A stretch of DNA of 64,000 nucleotides, taken from Chrysemys picta bellii (taxonomy: Eukaryota). Under the pieces are notes generated by a model. That model worked only from the letters and a program-made list of their open reading frames with translations, was not told where the DNA came from and ran no database searches. The DNA is taken from contig NC_088813.1 of NCBI RefSeq assembly GCF_011386835.1, forward strand, positions 13,640,001-13,704,000, given 5' to 3'. Made by a program: the position numbers and the translations under genes. This document shows, in pieces, positions 52,101 through 63,496 of this stretch. Numbering within the stretch: the stretch's first letter is position 1; each line of letters opens with the position of its first letter.

Positions 52101-55100
52101 AGCTCTGCGTTTGAGTGACATTTGTGTGTGCTGAATCTGGCCTGTAGATTCGCCCCGTGGTTCCCCAGAAGCTGACCGTAGCAGCGCGATGGCAGAAGCA
52201 TGTCCACCTGCCCTGCATTATACAGTAAGTGCCTTTTGACTTTTCTCTAAAGTTTCCCTTGGGGACCAGGAGGTCTGGGGAGACTGGAGGCAGAGTCCTT
52301 GAGCTCAGGAACTGGGGGAAGCTGGCTTTGGAGGAGTGTATTCCTGCCCCAATCCCTCCCAGAGCTAGTTGCTATTTCTATCTATGCCTCCTTCATTCAG
52401 ACCAAGCTCCTCCCTGTCAGGACGGAGTCATTCTGTAGAAGTAAGGGACCAGCCCTCTGTAGCTGGATATATTCTGGGCCCTGCTCCTCTAGCCCTGGGT
52501 TAAATGAACCTTGCAGTCTTATGTGTGGATTGGTTTTCTACGAGCACAATTGTTTCATCTCCTGAAACAGAACAAGCATGGAAAGCCCCATTAGTACCAG
52601 AGTTTCCTGGGCTTTTAACTGATTGGACCAGATACTGATTCAGTGTAAATCCAGTGTAACCACATTGGCTTCAACTGGGTTAACTGGATTTACAACAGTG
52701 TAAACCGGGAGCACCGTTTGGTCCAATATATGAAGCACTGGCTGTGCATATGGATTATTCCAGGCCGAGACCTCACTGTTAAGTTCTGAATCCAGTGTGC
52801 TGTGCCTTGGGATGATCTGTCTTGACTGGGAGGAAATTTGTGACACGCTAGCTGGAGATCACACTATCTGTATGTCTGACCTCAAGAGTCTGGCATTATA
52901 GGCCATCTCCAGTCCATTCAAAAGATTCCTGCTGAGATAAGTCTTTGACTGTAGCTCTGACCACGTCACTCCTCGGTTTTGAATCCCTCCACTGACTTCA
53001 CCTGATTAAAGTTCAAGCCTCTTCTCCTCATCTTTGAGGCTCTTCGCAACTCTGCCACTCTACTTATCCGCTCTTGTCTCTTCTGCATCCTCTGCCGACG
53101 GTGCCAGCCTTTTTTATTGCTCCCCCCACAACCATCTCTGTGCTTCCTCTCATGCTGCCCCTTGAGCTTGGCATGCTCTCCCCAAGCTGATCCATAAAGC
53201 CACCACCCTCCAATCCCTCCTCAAGGCCCACTTCTTCCATGGTGTCTCCAATTAAATGCCCAGCTGATAATGGACAGCAGGAGGGGCTGTTGGCTATAAT
53301 TCATATATATCTTTAAAAGAAAATTTTGACATGTGCACGTGTAAACATTGTCCATATTTTGATGGCCTCCCTTTCCTCCACCCTTCATATATTGTCTGTT
53401 CCTGGGGGTAAAGGCGAGATAAGTACATGTGTTGCTTTCCTCTATCATTGCCTTGTTCACTCTGCTCCTATGTTGTCTTCTGTTCCTGCCTCTTTATCTG
53501 CTGTTTTAGATCAGGGGTCTCAAAACTCACGGGTCATCTGTGGCCTGAGATCTTCCCCAATGTGGCCTGCGGGGCTCCAGCAATTTTGGGTCCAGGTCTC
53601 TCCCTTGGCCCTGCCTGCTGCCCCTGGTGCTCCCTCTCTTTTCCCCCCCCCCCATCCCCCGGGCGATTTACAATGGCCCGGGGGCCTGTCCACCACTGGC
53701 AGCGCAGCGGGGCTGAGCGGCGTCTGCCAGCTCGCTCCACGTGTCTGCTGGCCCCTCCCTGTGGCCTCCGCGGTGCCTGGGGGAAACAGCATGAGGAGGA
53801 CCCCCGGCCCACCCTGTCTTGGAGCCCCAGGTAAGCGCCACGCCCCCAACCCCCTCCCAGAGCCTACACCCCCACCCCCCTCCTGCCCCCAAACTCCCTC
53901 CCAGAGCCTGCACCCTCTCCCCCTCCCCACACACCCCCCAGCCCCAAACTCTGCAACCCCACTCCCTGCCCCAGCCCAGAGCCTGCATCCAGCACCCCCC
54001 CCAGCCCCAAACTCTGCAACCCCACTCCCTGCCCCAGCCCAGAGCCTGCATCCAGCACCCAAACTCCATCCCAGAGCCTGCACCCCAGACCCCCTCCCCC
54101 ACCCAAACTGTCTCCCAGAGCCTGCACCCCAATCCCCTACCCCAGACCTCCTCCCCCACCCAAACTCCCTCCCAGAGCCTTAGGCAGGTGGGGGGTGGAG
54201 TTTCGGGGGCAGGGGGGGGGTTCTGGGCGGTATGAGTGACATTATTGGCCCACTGGAAGATTTGTGGACTGGCACTGGCTCGAAGGTAAATTGAGTTTGA
54301 GACCCATTAGATGATAAACTCTTTGGTGAAGGAACCATCTCATATGTTTGTACAACACCTAGATCCAATCCCGGTTGGGACCCTTCGGCTCTACCACTAC
54401 GCCCCCGATAATAATGAGCTGTTTAATTTGTGGCTGTTGGAGAGCTACTGGCTTGGATGTGTGGAAAGTTCTGGAGGAGTTGGCTCTTTGTTCATGGGGG
54501 TTAGGTGTACAGATACAGGGGACTGGGAACACAGGCTCATCACATATATTTTCTTGGCCCTTTTATTGAAGCGTTTTCCGGAATGGGGATTTGCTGAGCC
54601 CCCCTTTCCGACTGCTGCTCTCCAAGAGCACCCTGCAGGAGTGGGACGCCATCCTGGGCCTGCTGACGGAGAAAGCCAACCTGCGCAGTGGAGCTGTTCG
54701 AAAGTGGGTATCCATAAGAGGCACTACTGGATTTTCCTTACCTTATGTCCATCTGGTCTATGCTAGGTCCCCTTACACTGTTTAGTGGTTAGTGCAAGAG
54801 GACCGGGAGTCAGGACACCTTGGTTCTAATCCTGTTTCTGCCACTGATGTGCTGTTTGGCTTTGGTACTCAAGTTTTACCTTCTGTAAAATGGGGCTAAT
54901 ACTTACCTCTTGGGGACTTGGTGAGAGTTAATGTTCATTATGCTCCGGTGAGAATAGCTATAAGCAAATCATTATCCTCCTTATATTATGTCGTAAGTGT
55001 GGGGAGGGGAATCTTACTGAACAAATATAGTTTACACAGTAAATTAACTTACGCTGAAACACACTGGGCCACGCTCACCATGGTGTAATAACTCCACTGA

Positions 55101-58100
55101 CTTCAGCAGACCTTCACCAACAGTGAGCTTGGCCCAATCGCTGGCCTGTTTTCCATGTTCTGCTCCCATTTTCTTGATCACAGGGTGTACTTCCACCCAA
55201 GCCGGATCATTTGCTGCTCCTCCCTCACCCGCCCCACTCCCATGATTTTTCTAACCCCCTTGCCATCTTCTCCCATAGACTGTGCCAACTGGATGGAGTC
55301 CCAGTCTCCAGTGGCGAGGAGTTGGTGAACGGTGAATACTATGTGGCGGTCGGGGTGGAGAAGTACAAAAATCTGCCCTACTTTGAACTGCTGGTGCCTA
55401 AGAATTCTGTGCACCGGGCATTACGGTAGGTAGGCAGGTACCTGTGGCCTAGAGATTGTGCATTATGCTGGTCCTAAGCTTAAAAATAACCTTTATATTT
55501 ATGCATGGGAGTGAGTAGAGAGGGGGAAATAAGGGAACAAATGACTAGTTCTTCCTGTAACTTAATAATCACCCACGCCCCAGTTTTCAAAACTGTCTGA
55601 CTTTTTTGGGTGCCCAGTGTGAGACATGCAGGGGCCTGATTTTCAGAGCTGCTGAGTCGCCTGTAACTCCAAAGCTTTAGGTGTCTCAAATTGGGCACCT
55701 AAAACTGGAGATGCTCAAAGTCTGTGACCACCTTTGAAAACTGTGGCTGGAAATAACCCAGAATCACTTCAAAAAGCAATGTCGCAATGTTGAGCCAACT
55801 TTCAGCGATGCTCTCCGGGTGTGATGGGAACCAGGCAAAGAGCACTTAAAGGTGTTCACCTGGAAAGATAGGGAGCCCTTCCCCCCGCCATCCCCTGGCA
55901 AAAGTGTGTTGTCTGAACCTTGGAAACAACTTTAACAGCTTTTATTGAGTTTGCATATCAAATTTCCCAACTTGAAATGGGAAATGTGAACATTTCAACA
56001 AATCCATTTCTTTATTATTAGGATTCTGTTGTGAGAGTGTTTGAGGCCTTGGATTAAAATAATCTGAATTATGTTAGAAGCCGGGGTACAAAATTGGGTT
56101 GTTTTTTTTTTTTAAAGCATTTTAGTGTCAGGGGCTGTTTTTAACACGGACAGCCCCCCCCATGAAAGCCCCGTGCCCAGCACCAGAAAAAGAAGTAGCT
56201 TGGCTGAGTTTCCCAGTAGTCCTGTAGTATGCGCCAAAGAACAGTTGTCAGTTGGGAATCGCTGCAGATTTGACTGGTCTGGGATTGGCAATGGGATAGA
56301 TCCTTCCACCTCTCGGATGGTGCTTTAAATCTAGCCTAGGTCAGCAGTGACTAAGAGCTTTTTTCTTTTAATCACCTGCTGGCTGTTTAGTGGCTTGTGT
56401 GAAATGAGTGGTGGGTATTGATTCAGTTTAGAGTCAAACAGCTCTTCACGAGCATCACGAATTCTCATTCATGCGGGTCGTCTCCGCAGAGCAGTCCAGG
56501 ATTGACTAGGTCATGGAGACGGCTCCCTGCTCAGGTTAGGGCTAAGGCACACTGGAGGGGGAGCCTGCGCTCTGCCTGCTCTGAGAAAAGAGACCTCCAG
56601 AGCTGTCAATCCAGCACCTTTCACTAGCACTGCACTCGCTTGTGAATGTGGAAAAGGGAAAAAAAATGCCAGGGTGAATATTTGTGCCTGCGCATCCCAT
56701 GGACGCACACCCTGTCTCTGAATATGTTGGATCTCAACATGCTGAGATTTGGTTTTTTTGTGTTTCAGGAACCATCCAAATAACAGACGCAGGATCCACA
56801 ATCAGGGGGTAGGTAGCTCCGCCTGCGTGGGCTGCTCCATTTACACTACAGACCAGCCGTCAAGCTGGTTTAGACATAAATCTGTACACACTGGACACAT
56901 GTAAATGGATGCAGCAGAAAAGCTGCCCCCAGCACCGATTCTGATACAATATCCTCTGGATGTGAGCAACGGGACCTGGCTGGAAATGCCCATCTTTGCT
57001 TCATGTCTCTCTGTTTAAAGCAATAGCGGGGCTCTCCTCAGCTGCCCTGTGAAGGCACCCTACGTGCCTGCTCTTTATAGTATAATAATAACTGGCTGAT
57101 CTTGTGAGGCCTTTATATCAACTCGATGGCATTTTTCTGTTTGGACATGCCAGCTAATAATACCGCTCGTTTTAGCTCTGTCTCAGCTGAGTTTAAAATG
57201 TTGACAATCCTGAACGGGGGAGAGAAGATGAAAGAAAGAGAGAATAAGAATGGTGGGGGGACTGGGTAGCCGTGACACGGGGGAAGAATGGGGTTGCACA
57301 CAGAACCTCTGTCGGGGGCCGGGGGAGAAGTGGAGGGGGCTGCAGGGAGTCCCTGAAATAGAGGAGGGTGGCAATGGGGAGAACGGAGGGATGCAAGGAG
57401 CGCCTGGTGTGTGCGGTAAGCTCAGAAGCAACCAAGTACGCAGCCCCCTAGTAAGATCGTTCGTAGATCGTAATGTTTTGCCATGGCGTATTATCTCCAT
57501 CCGACAGAAGCTACTCCAGAGCAGGCCTTAAACACGCCCCTTCTTTCCTAATTTTGGAACCTTGATGTTGACGACTTCGGATCTTATTTTCTGATGGTCC
57601 TGATTGTGGCTTCCTTTCCTCCGGTATGCCAGTGACCAGCAGGAGACATTTGTGTAGCCAATGACCATCGGGTTCTCCCTTCTGTCGCACGGTGCCCCAT
57701 AGAGCTGGCTTGCAAATTTGGGCTCGTGCCCTTCTTTTTGTCACTTCGTGATCAATAAAGGCAGCTGTTCTGAGACTCCATCTTGGAATGGACAGGAGAG
57801 AGTTCTTGTAGGAAGTGGTCATACAGGGATCTCGGCTACAGGAGCTGGGGTGAGCTGAAAACCAACTGTCCCAACAAGTCCAGGCTGCCATGTCCTTTTT
57901 GAGGGGTGTCTGTCTTGTTACATTTGTTGAAACATTTCCTGTTCTTGTTCTTAGTTTGGTAAAAGCTATGCCACCTCCCAGGATGGAGCTAGCGACTCTG
58001 CCCTCATTGATCCACCTCAGCAGGTAATGAATATAGCAAGCACTGGGTGTGACCCATTATAGTTAAGCTGCATAGTAGTTTGCATTAAAACCTTGTTTTC

Positions 58101-61100
58101 AGAACTGGTATCATATGGGATCCTGCCAGTCAGCTCTGAGGCGTGCTGGTGGGGCCATATTGAGCAGATGGCCTAGTGTCTCTATAACTAGTGCTGTAGA
58201 ATCAGTCTCTCATTCTCACAAGCCCTAGGTTAAGAAACAAACTAAGGAAGTTATTGTGAATGTTAATTTCAGCCGGACTATCGCAGGGTGCAGTCCACGG
58301 GAGCTGCAGAGAAAGACAAGACCCCCGTTCCTTCTCCAGCAGTGCGCAGGCAAGCCGGGAAATATCCACGCAAAGAGGAAGAGTCTGTTTTCCACGCTAA
58401 GCCTGTCCGTGCAGGGCAAAACAGGACGAATAGCAGGAACATGCAACACTGGCCTGACGAAGGTAAAGAACATCGCTATGGATGTTCAGGAATGACAGGG
58501 AATGGCCTTAATTTGATGCTAAGGGAGCAGTCTGTCTAACTCCGAGGTGCTAAAGGGGAACAGTCGCTAGTGTATCTCCTAACTGCTGTTGTAATTCCAT
58601 TCCTTCCCCTTCTCAATAAATACGCCATGAATGAAACTTTCTTGAGACCTGAGTTGTCATGAAGCTGAGATACTGAACTCTGTCTGACGTTGCCTTGAGC
58701 TGCACCCCGCTATATCTGTTGGGGCAATAATTAAAGCGCATAAAAGGTGAAAAGCAAAGATGCGTCTGAACGCCTAGCAGCAACCCAGGGAAGGAACTGT
58801 GGTGGATGTGGAGCTGCTCGGCAATAACTTACGAATCCTTTATGTTGACCTGATTATTTGGAGGTTTACTGTGTGACTATATTGGTTTAGTTTACTAGGG
58901 GGCTGCAAGGAAAACAAGCAGGAAGGAAACACAGTGGTTCAAGATAAGACACCAGCCCCCCTTAGTAAACACCTGAGGTTTGTTAAGAGACAATGCCAGG
59001 ATGGGAAAAGCCTGGGAATTAGAGATCAAAAGCACTATAGGAGTTTAAAAAGGCACTCTCTCTCTCAGGAGGGGAAGGAGTTGTTGGGGAGCTGTTTGGG
59101 GAAACCAGACTGACATAGGCTCCTCTGGGGTGTCAGGAGTAGTTAGGCCTGCCTTGGTTACCGTCCGGGGATGGTAAGCGTATAGGTAAGATAGACTGAT
59201 GTCTTAAAATCATTTTTCTCTAAGTGCTTTATTCCTACTGTTAAACAATACATTGGTTTAAGAAGGCTGTATGATGACTCTATTCACCATTGGTCACAGA
59301 TTCCCGAAAGGAAGAACCGCAGGTACCAAACCCAGTTGGACCTGCTGGGTCAGCATGGTCCGTGCCCAGGCTTGGTCTAAGAGTGGGAGAAATGTATGAT
59401 TCCACCCCAGGAGAGATGAAGGCATGAGGTCTAACAGGGCAGGAGGGGTAGTCTGGGAGACATAGAAAGGGGACAGAGGTGCAGCTCACCCTGTAACTGT
59501 GTCAGGAACGTTTTTTAAATGAGATTTTTTTTTTTTTTTTAACGTGCCAGCATCTCCTTAATGAACCAACCCAATGTTCTTAATTGGATTTGCTGTATAA
59601 AATCAAACTCTAAACATGGTTAACAGCTTAGTAATGCTATTTCTTCGATGCCAGCAACATGGCGGGCAGTGATGAAAGGCCCCCAGAAACACTAGACTGG
59701 ACCTAGCCATTCCTATAGCTTAAGCTGCACTAAGTCACATCTAGTGTCTGTGATACCCTCTTAAGATCTTTCTTCTCCTCACAGAAGAGGGAAGTGTCTA
59801 TAAAGTCAAAGACCCGAGAAAGGAGATGCGCGGTGCCCGGGAAGTAATGGAGGATGAATACACAAAGATGGAGCTACCTGTTGATCAGGTATGAGGTATA
59901 ACTCTTTCTGGTAAATTACTAAAAGGCTTTTTTCTCTCCTGCGTTACTAACTGTCCGGGAGCTCAGGCTGCTGCTGTGAGAGACAAGTAGTTTCCCACTG
60001 GGGTCCATGGGAGTTACTCGTATCTTGCAGCAGGAGAACCGGGCCCCAGGAGACGAGCCTTCCAGGGAAACTGTCTAGTCAAAACTTTCCTTTAATGTTG
60101 AGAAACAAAACCATCTAGAGCTATTGGAGACTCCTCTCTGCAATACAAGCTATGTAATGGTAAATATTCCAGATTCCCGGGAATCTGAGAACCCGTTTGA
60201 TGAATCATTAGTCTAGCAATGGCCTAAGTAGCTTCTTCCGTTTTATAACTTCTTTTAAGTCACATTCCCTTCTTCGCTATTTTATTGGTGCCACCACAGT
60301 TTCCCTCTTCTGAATGTGTGAAAGTGGAAATAACCACAGGGGGGGATTGGATGTATTTATTTCAGCTATTTAACATCTATAGAAGTTATCCTGGAGGTGT
60401 TTGTGTGGCTAGAGCCCTGCAAATCTGTTGTTGTGGATCAGATGTGGATACAAATTTTGTATCCGCACAGGGTTCTAAATATAGGATCTCAAAGGCAGGG
60501 AATCAGCTGTCTGCATCTCATAGCCTATGCGGCTGCTTCCCCACCTTCGAGATCCTATATCCCCCCTCCCGCCCATACAGAGAGTTGATTCTCGAGATGG
60601 CCTTTCTACAGGGCTGTAAGAGTCATAAATTCTCCAACAGAGCGGAGACCTGGAGATAAGATTTTTGTCCTTATTTTCTCCCTTCTCCAGAGAGCTGCAG
60701 AGACTGTGGAAGAAGTTATACCAAAAAACAAAATGACTCCTCACAGCAAGGTACTGCTAAACAGTCCAGTATACTTGTAGAGTGGGTGTGTTAGACGGAG
60801 TGTGTGAAAGTGAACCAGTTAAGATTAGATATCTAAGACACAACTGGCTTTAATTTAACAGGAAGGCACTCAGTACAAATCTGCAATTCCCTAATTGTGA
60901 TTTATAAAACAACTGATACAATAAACTCTTCAAATCAAAATAACTGCACACAATATCCGGGGAATGCTATGCCACTTACTGTGTGATAGTGTCTCACCTT
61001 GTGTAACTGTAGTTGTGGTTACAAATCTTCACTGTAAAAACCTCTTTATCAGAGGCTTAGATTTCAAATGTTTAAAAGATTGACAGCTGAAACTTGGTAT

Positions 61101-62114
61101 CCTCCAAGGGTGGATGTTTGGCCTCTGCACCTGAATGTCACCACCTTCAGCGGCCCTAATTTTTAATACTATAATGCAGCCTGTTAAGCTACTGGGATCC
61201 TGATGGTGCTGGGACCAGGTTTCTGCAGGTTGCACCTCTATTAAATATAGAAGCAGAAGTATTTTATTTCATATAAATTAGGCATTGCCAGGGGTGCTTT
61301 TAGACATGTGAAGTATGGATGCTGGTGACACACACAGAATCAGCTGCTCAACACATTTGTAACAAATCTCTTCAATCACTTAACAGCATTGATCTGAACA
61401 TTTTCTTTTGCAATGAAAAATCCCAGGGTTTTTTTTTGGGGGGGGGGGCAGTTAAAGGTCCCTGCTCTTGGGGGGCAATAACTTTTTTCTTATACCAGTT
61501 TTCATAAGAATTTCTAGAGTTAATGCATTTTGTCCCACTGCATATTTTGGAACTGTTGTTGTTCCCTTTTAAGATCAAAGGTAAAATTCAGACTTACATT
61601 GGAGCAGTTCCTAGCTAAAGTCAGAATTACCTAATGGAGCTCTCTGCCCTCTGGGATGAATTTGGATTCTTGCATTCTGTATTTACTTCAGAGGCTGGGG
61701 CAGCATTTCTTTGTCTGCAAAGAGTACCCTGCTGCCTCCTGCAAATGCTGATGTTGGTTTAATTGGCCTTTCATCCACAGACCTCAAACTGCTATACAAA
61801 CACTTATTATTTGAGCCACATAGCCTTCCTGTGCTGTAGGCAAGAATCACTAGGCCTATTTTAAAGGTGTTTAGACTGAGGCATGCAGAAGTCCGCGGTC
61901 ATATAGCAAGGCCATGGCATAGCTGGGAACAGTACCCAGAAATTCTTAATGCTAAACCCTGGCTGTAACCACTATACAACACCACACTGGTTACATTACA
62001 AGTTATTTGTATTGTTTTGTCTTTAAATGGGAAAAGGTTGGGAGCACTGACAGATCGCGGAAGGCCTTGACGATGCGAAATTACGCCAATGACTCAGAGG
62101 AGGAAGAGAACTGA
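49138..62114 (+). CDS. DCDC2B: Doublecortin domain-containing 2B (two DCX domains; about 410 aa with the distal last exon, 394 aa with the proximal end)
   Basis: Exons 49138-49415 ([21 protein letters not shown]...[12 protein letters not shown]), 51266-51323, 52148-52224, 54572-54703 ([13 protein letters not shown]...[15 protein letters not shown]), 55279-55425, 56769-56808, 57955-58023, 58273-58462 (ESVFHAKP), 59785-59888 ([22 protein letters not shown]), 60691-60750 (RAAETVEE), candidate last exon 62037-62114. Phases chain correctly; the last exon is the least certain. Confidence 0.88.
50494..50650 (-). mobile_element. Tortoise polIII/SINE (tRNA-derived head plus CR1-like 3' tail)
   Basis: Reverse strand GGGAGGAATAGCTCAATGGTTTGAGCATTGGCCTGTTAAACTCAGAATTGTGAGTTCAA (A and B boxes), then ATCTGGGGCAAAA...GGTCCTGCT...GCAGGGGGCTGGACT...GGTCCCTTCTAGTTCT. 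Confidence 0.85.
52900..53250 (+). mobile_element. Decayed L2 LINE 3' fragment
   Basis: Broken translation resembles the L2 ORF2 end (LQSIQ...DHVTP...SLHW...KFK.LLLIF.AL), followed by CCCTCCTCAAGGCCCACTTCTTCC. Confidence 0.55.
53512..54306. mobile_element. Non-autonomous hAT element (about 795 bp) with internal C-rich tandem repeats
   Basis: Left TIR CAGGGGTCTCAAAACTCA, right TGAGTTTGAGACCCA; TSD remnant TTTTAGAT / ATTAGAT; a ~61-bp unit is repeated twice at about 53936-54060, with recurring CCAGAGCCTGCACCCC. Confidence 0.8.
54785..54930 (+). mobile_element. MIR-like CORE-SINE
   Basis: AGTGGTTAGTGCAAGAGGACCGGGAGTCAGGACACCTTGGTTCTAATCCTG...TCTGTAAAATGGGGCTAATACTTACCTC. Confidence 0.6.
55066..55135. 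mobile_element. 70-bp palindromic MITE
   Basis: GGGCCACGCTCACCATGGTGTAA ... TTCACCAACAGTGAGCTTGGCCC around a CCACTGACTTCAG core. Confidence 0.5.
56265..56435 (+). mobile_element. LF-SINE-like fragment in DCDC2B intron 5
   Basis: GGGATTGGCAATGGGATAGATCCTTCCACCTCT...AAATCTAGCCTAGGTCAGCAGTGAC...CTGCTGGCTGTTTAGTGGCTTGTGTGAAATGAGT. Confidence 0.55.
58798..59504 (+). mobile_element. Solo LTR (707 bp) in a DCDC2B intron
   Basis: TGT...TCA termini (TG...CA), perfect 5-bp TSD GGAAC on both sides (58793-58797, 59505-59509), TATA-like TTTAAAA at 59044, degenerate poly(A) signal AATACA at 59247. Confidence 0.85.
60920..60925 (+). terminator. Candidate proximal (intronic) poly(A) signal of DCDC2B
   Basis: AATAAA 140 nt after the read-through stop at 60778-60780. 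Confidence 0.4.
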
Positions 62115-63425
62115 AAGCCATTTCTCTGACGGTGTGAAGCTCTGAAGAGTTTATGAAGTGACTGTGATGAAATGGAGACCAAGTTAGCTTTACTCTCTGT
62201 GCAGTGGTCGATAACATAAGCACCTTGATCAAATCCAAGGACTTTTAAAAATGCTTGTTTTAAACAATAAGAATGCCTTCATTATCTGGGCTTTGTAAAG
62301 CAGGCTTCAGGTGAACAATGAGTCCGATACATTCATAATATATTTTTTAAAATATAAATTTAATATAAACCCTTTTTTTTTTTCCTTTCTTGGGGAAGGT
62401 GCTTGGGGAAGAAGATGGGAAATGCGTGGGCCTACATTTTTTTAATTTCAACAGTCAAGGAGCTGGTTTGTATCTGAAATGGGGGGAAGCAAATCATTTT
62501 TACTGTATAGAATAAGTTTTACTCTACCGTGAAAGGGGAGTCCTTCCAAACACCTCTGCAGCTGAGAGACTAGCTGGGTTCTCAGTTAAGTAGTAAGTCT
62601 CAATCCGGGAGGGACATTGGCTCAGAACATTTGGTAGTAATTTATTATCCAGTAAGTGCTGAACAAGACAAGTTAAGGATAGTCCCTGCTCTGAAGAGCT
62701 TACAGTAAGAAGCACACACAGAAGAAAAGACATTCTGGAAAAACTGAGAAGGAGATAAGTATGAACCATTTAGTTTATTCAGCCTTTGTGTTCTAGAAAT
62801 ACTGTGATGTAGCAATTAGAGTATAGGAGGGAGTCTTAGTGCGGTAGCTTCCTCTGTAAATAAGCTTGGTGAACCATTTTCTGCTGTCCTGTGTCAAATA
62901 TTCCACTGATATATGATTTTTTTTTTTTTCAAATTCTAAAATGTACTATCTAGTGATGAGATGACCCTTCAACTCTGCAACCTGGTTGTTTACATTTTTT
63001 TACATAGTAAACTCTGGTTCCAAATCCCTCACTGTGTGGGTGGAGATGTACAATAAAGGGAGATTACACCATGGACTCCAGCAGTATGGAACTTTGGGAG
63101 ACCTAGAAGGGAGGTCCGAGGAAGATCAGGACACTAATTTTTTGCATAGGGTTCTGTACCCAAATAAAGTATTGGGGGCTCAAACCCCAAATCTTTGAGG
63201 CTTAGTGTCCCAAAAGAACAAGACCCCAACCTTGAAAAGGCAAAGAGACTCCAACAACTGTTTTCAGAAATCTTCTTCTTTAGGTATCAAAATTCACCCT
63301 TCCACGTTGCCTTGGTTCTAGATCACACCGCTCGTGGCTGATTTGGGTCCAGAGAGGCAGGGGTACCCATCCCCAAACAATGGCATTACCTTCTGCACAT
63401 TTTTTCTTCTTCCACTCTGTGTTTC

Positions 63426-63496
63426 TCACTCGTTCACGGAGCCAGCTATACATAGAGCAACTCCCAAGATAGTAAGCAGCATTCCTACCACGGCTC
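63426..63496 (-). CDS. TMEM234: Transmembrane protein 234, last coding exon (rest of the gene lies beyond the window)
   Basis: Minus strand pyrimidine tract TTTTTGTATGTCCTGTCTCCTTAG then GA GCC GTG GTA GGA ATG CTG... = (R)AVVGMLLTILGVALCIAGSVNE-stop. This matches the recalled TMEM234 C-terminal helix ([21 protein letters not shown]) and the expected synteny. Confidence 0.82.

Noticed and set aside
53326-54235. 285-aa and other long ORFs over the hAT element
   Set aside because: Driven by C-rich tandem repeats. Only the splice-bounded 53510-53830 segment is retained as a candidate.
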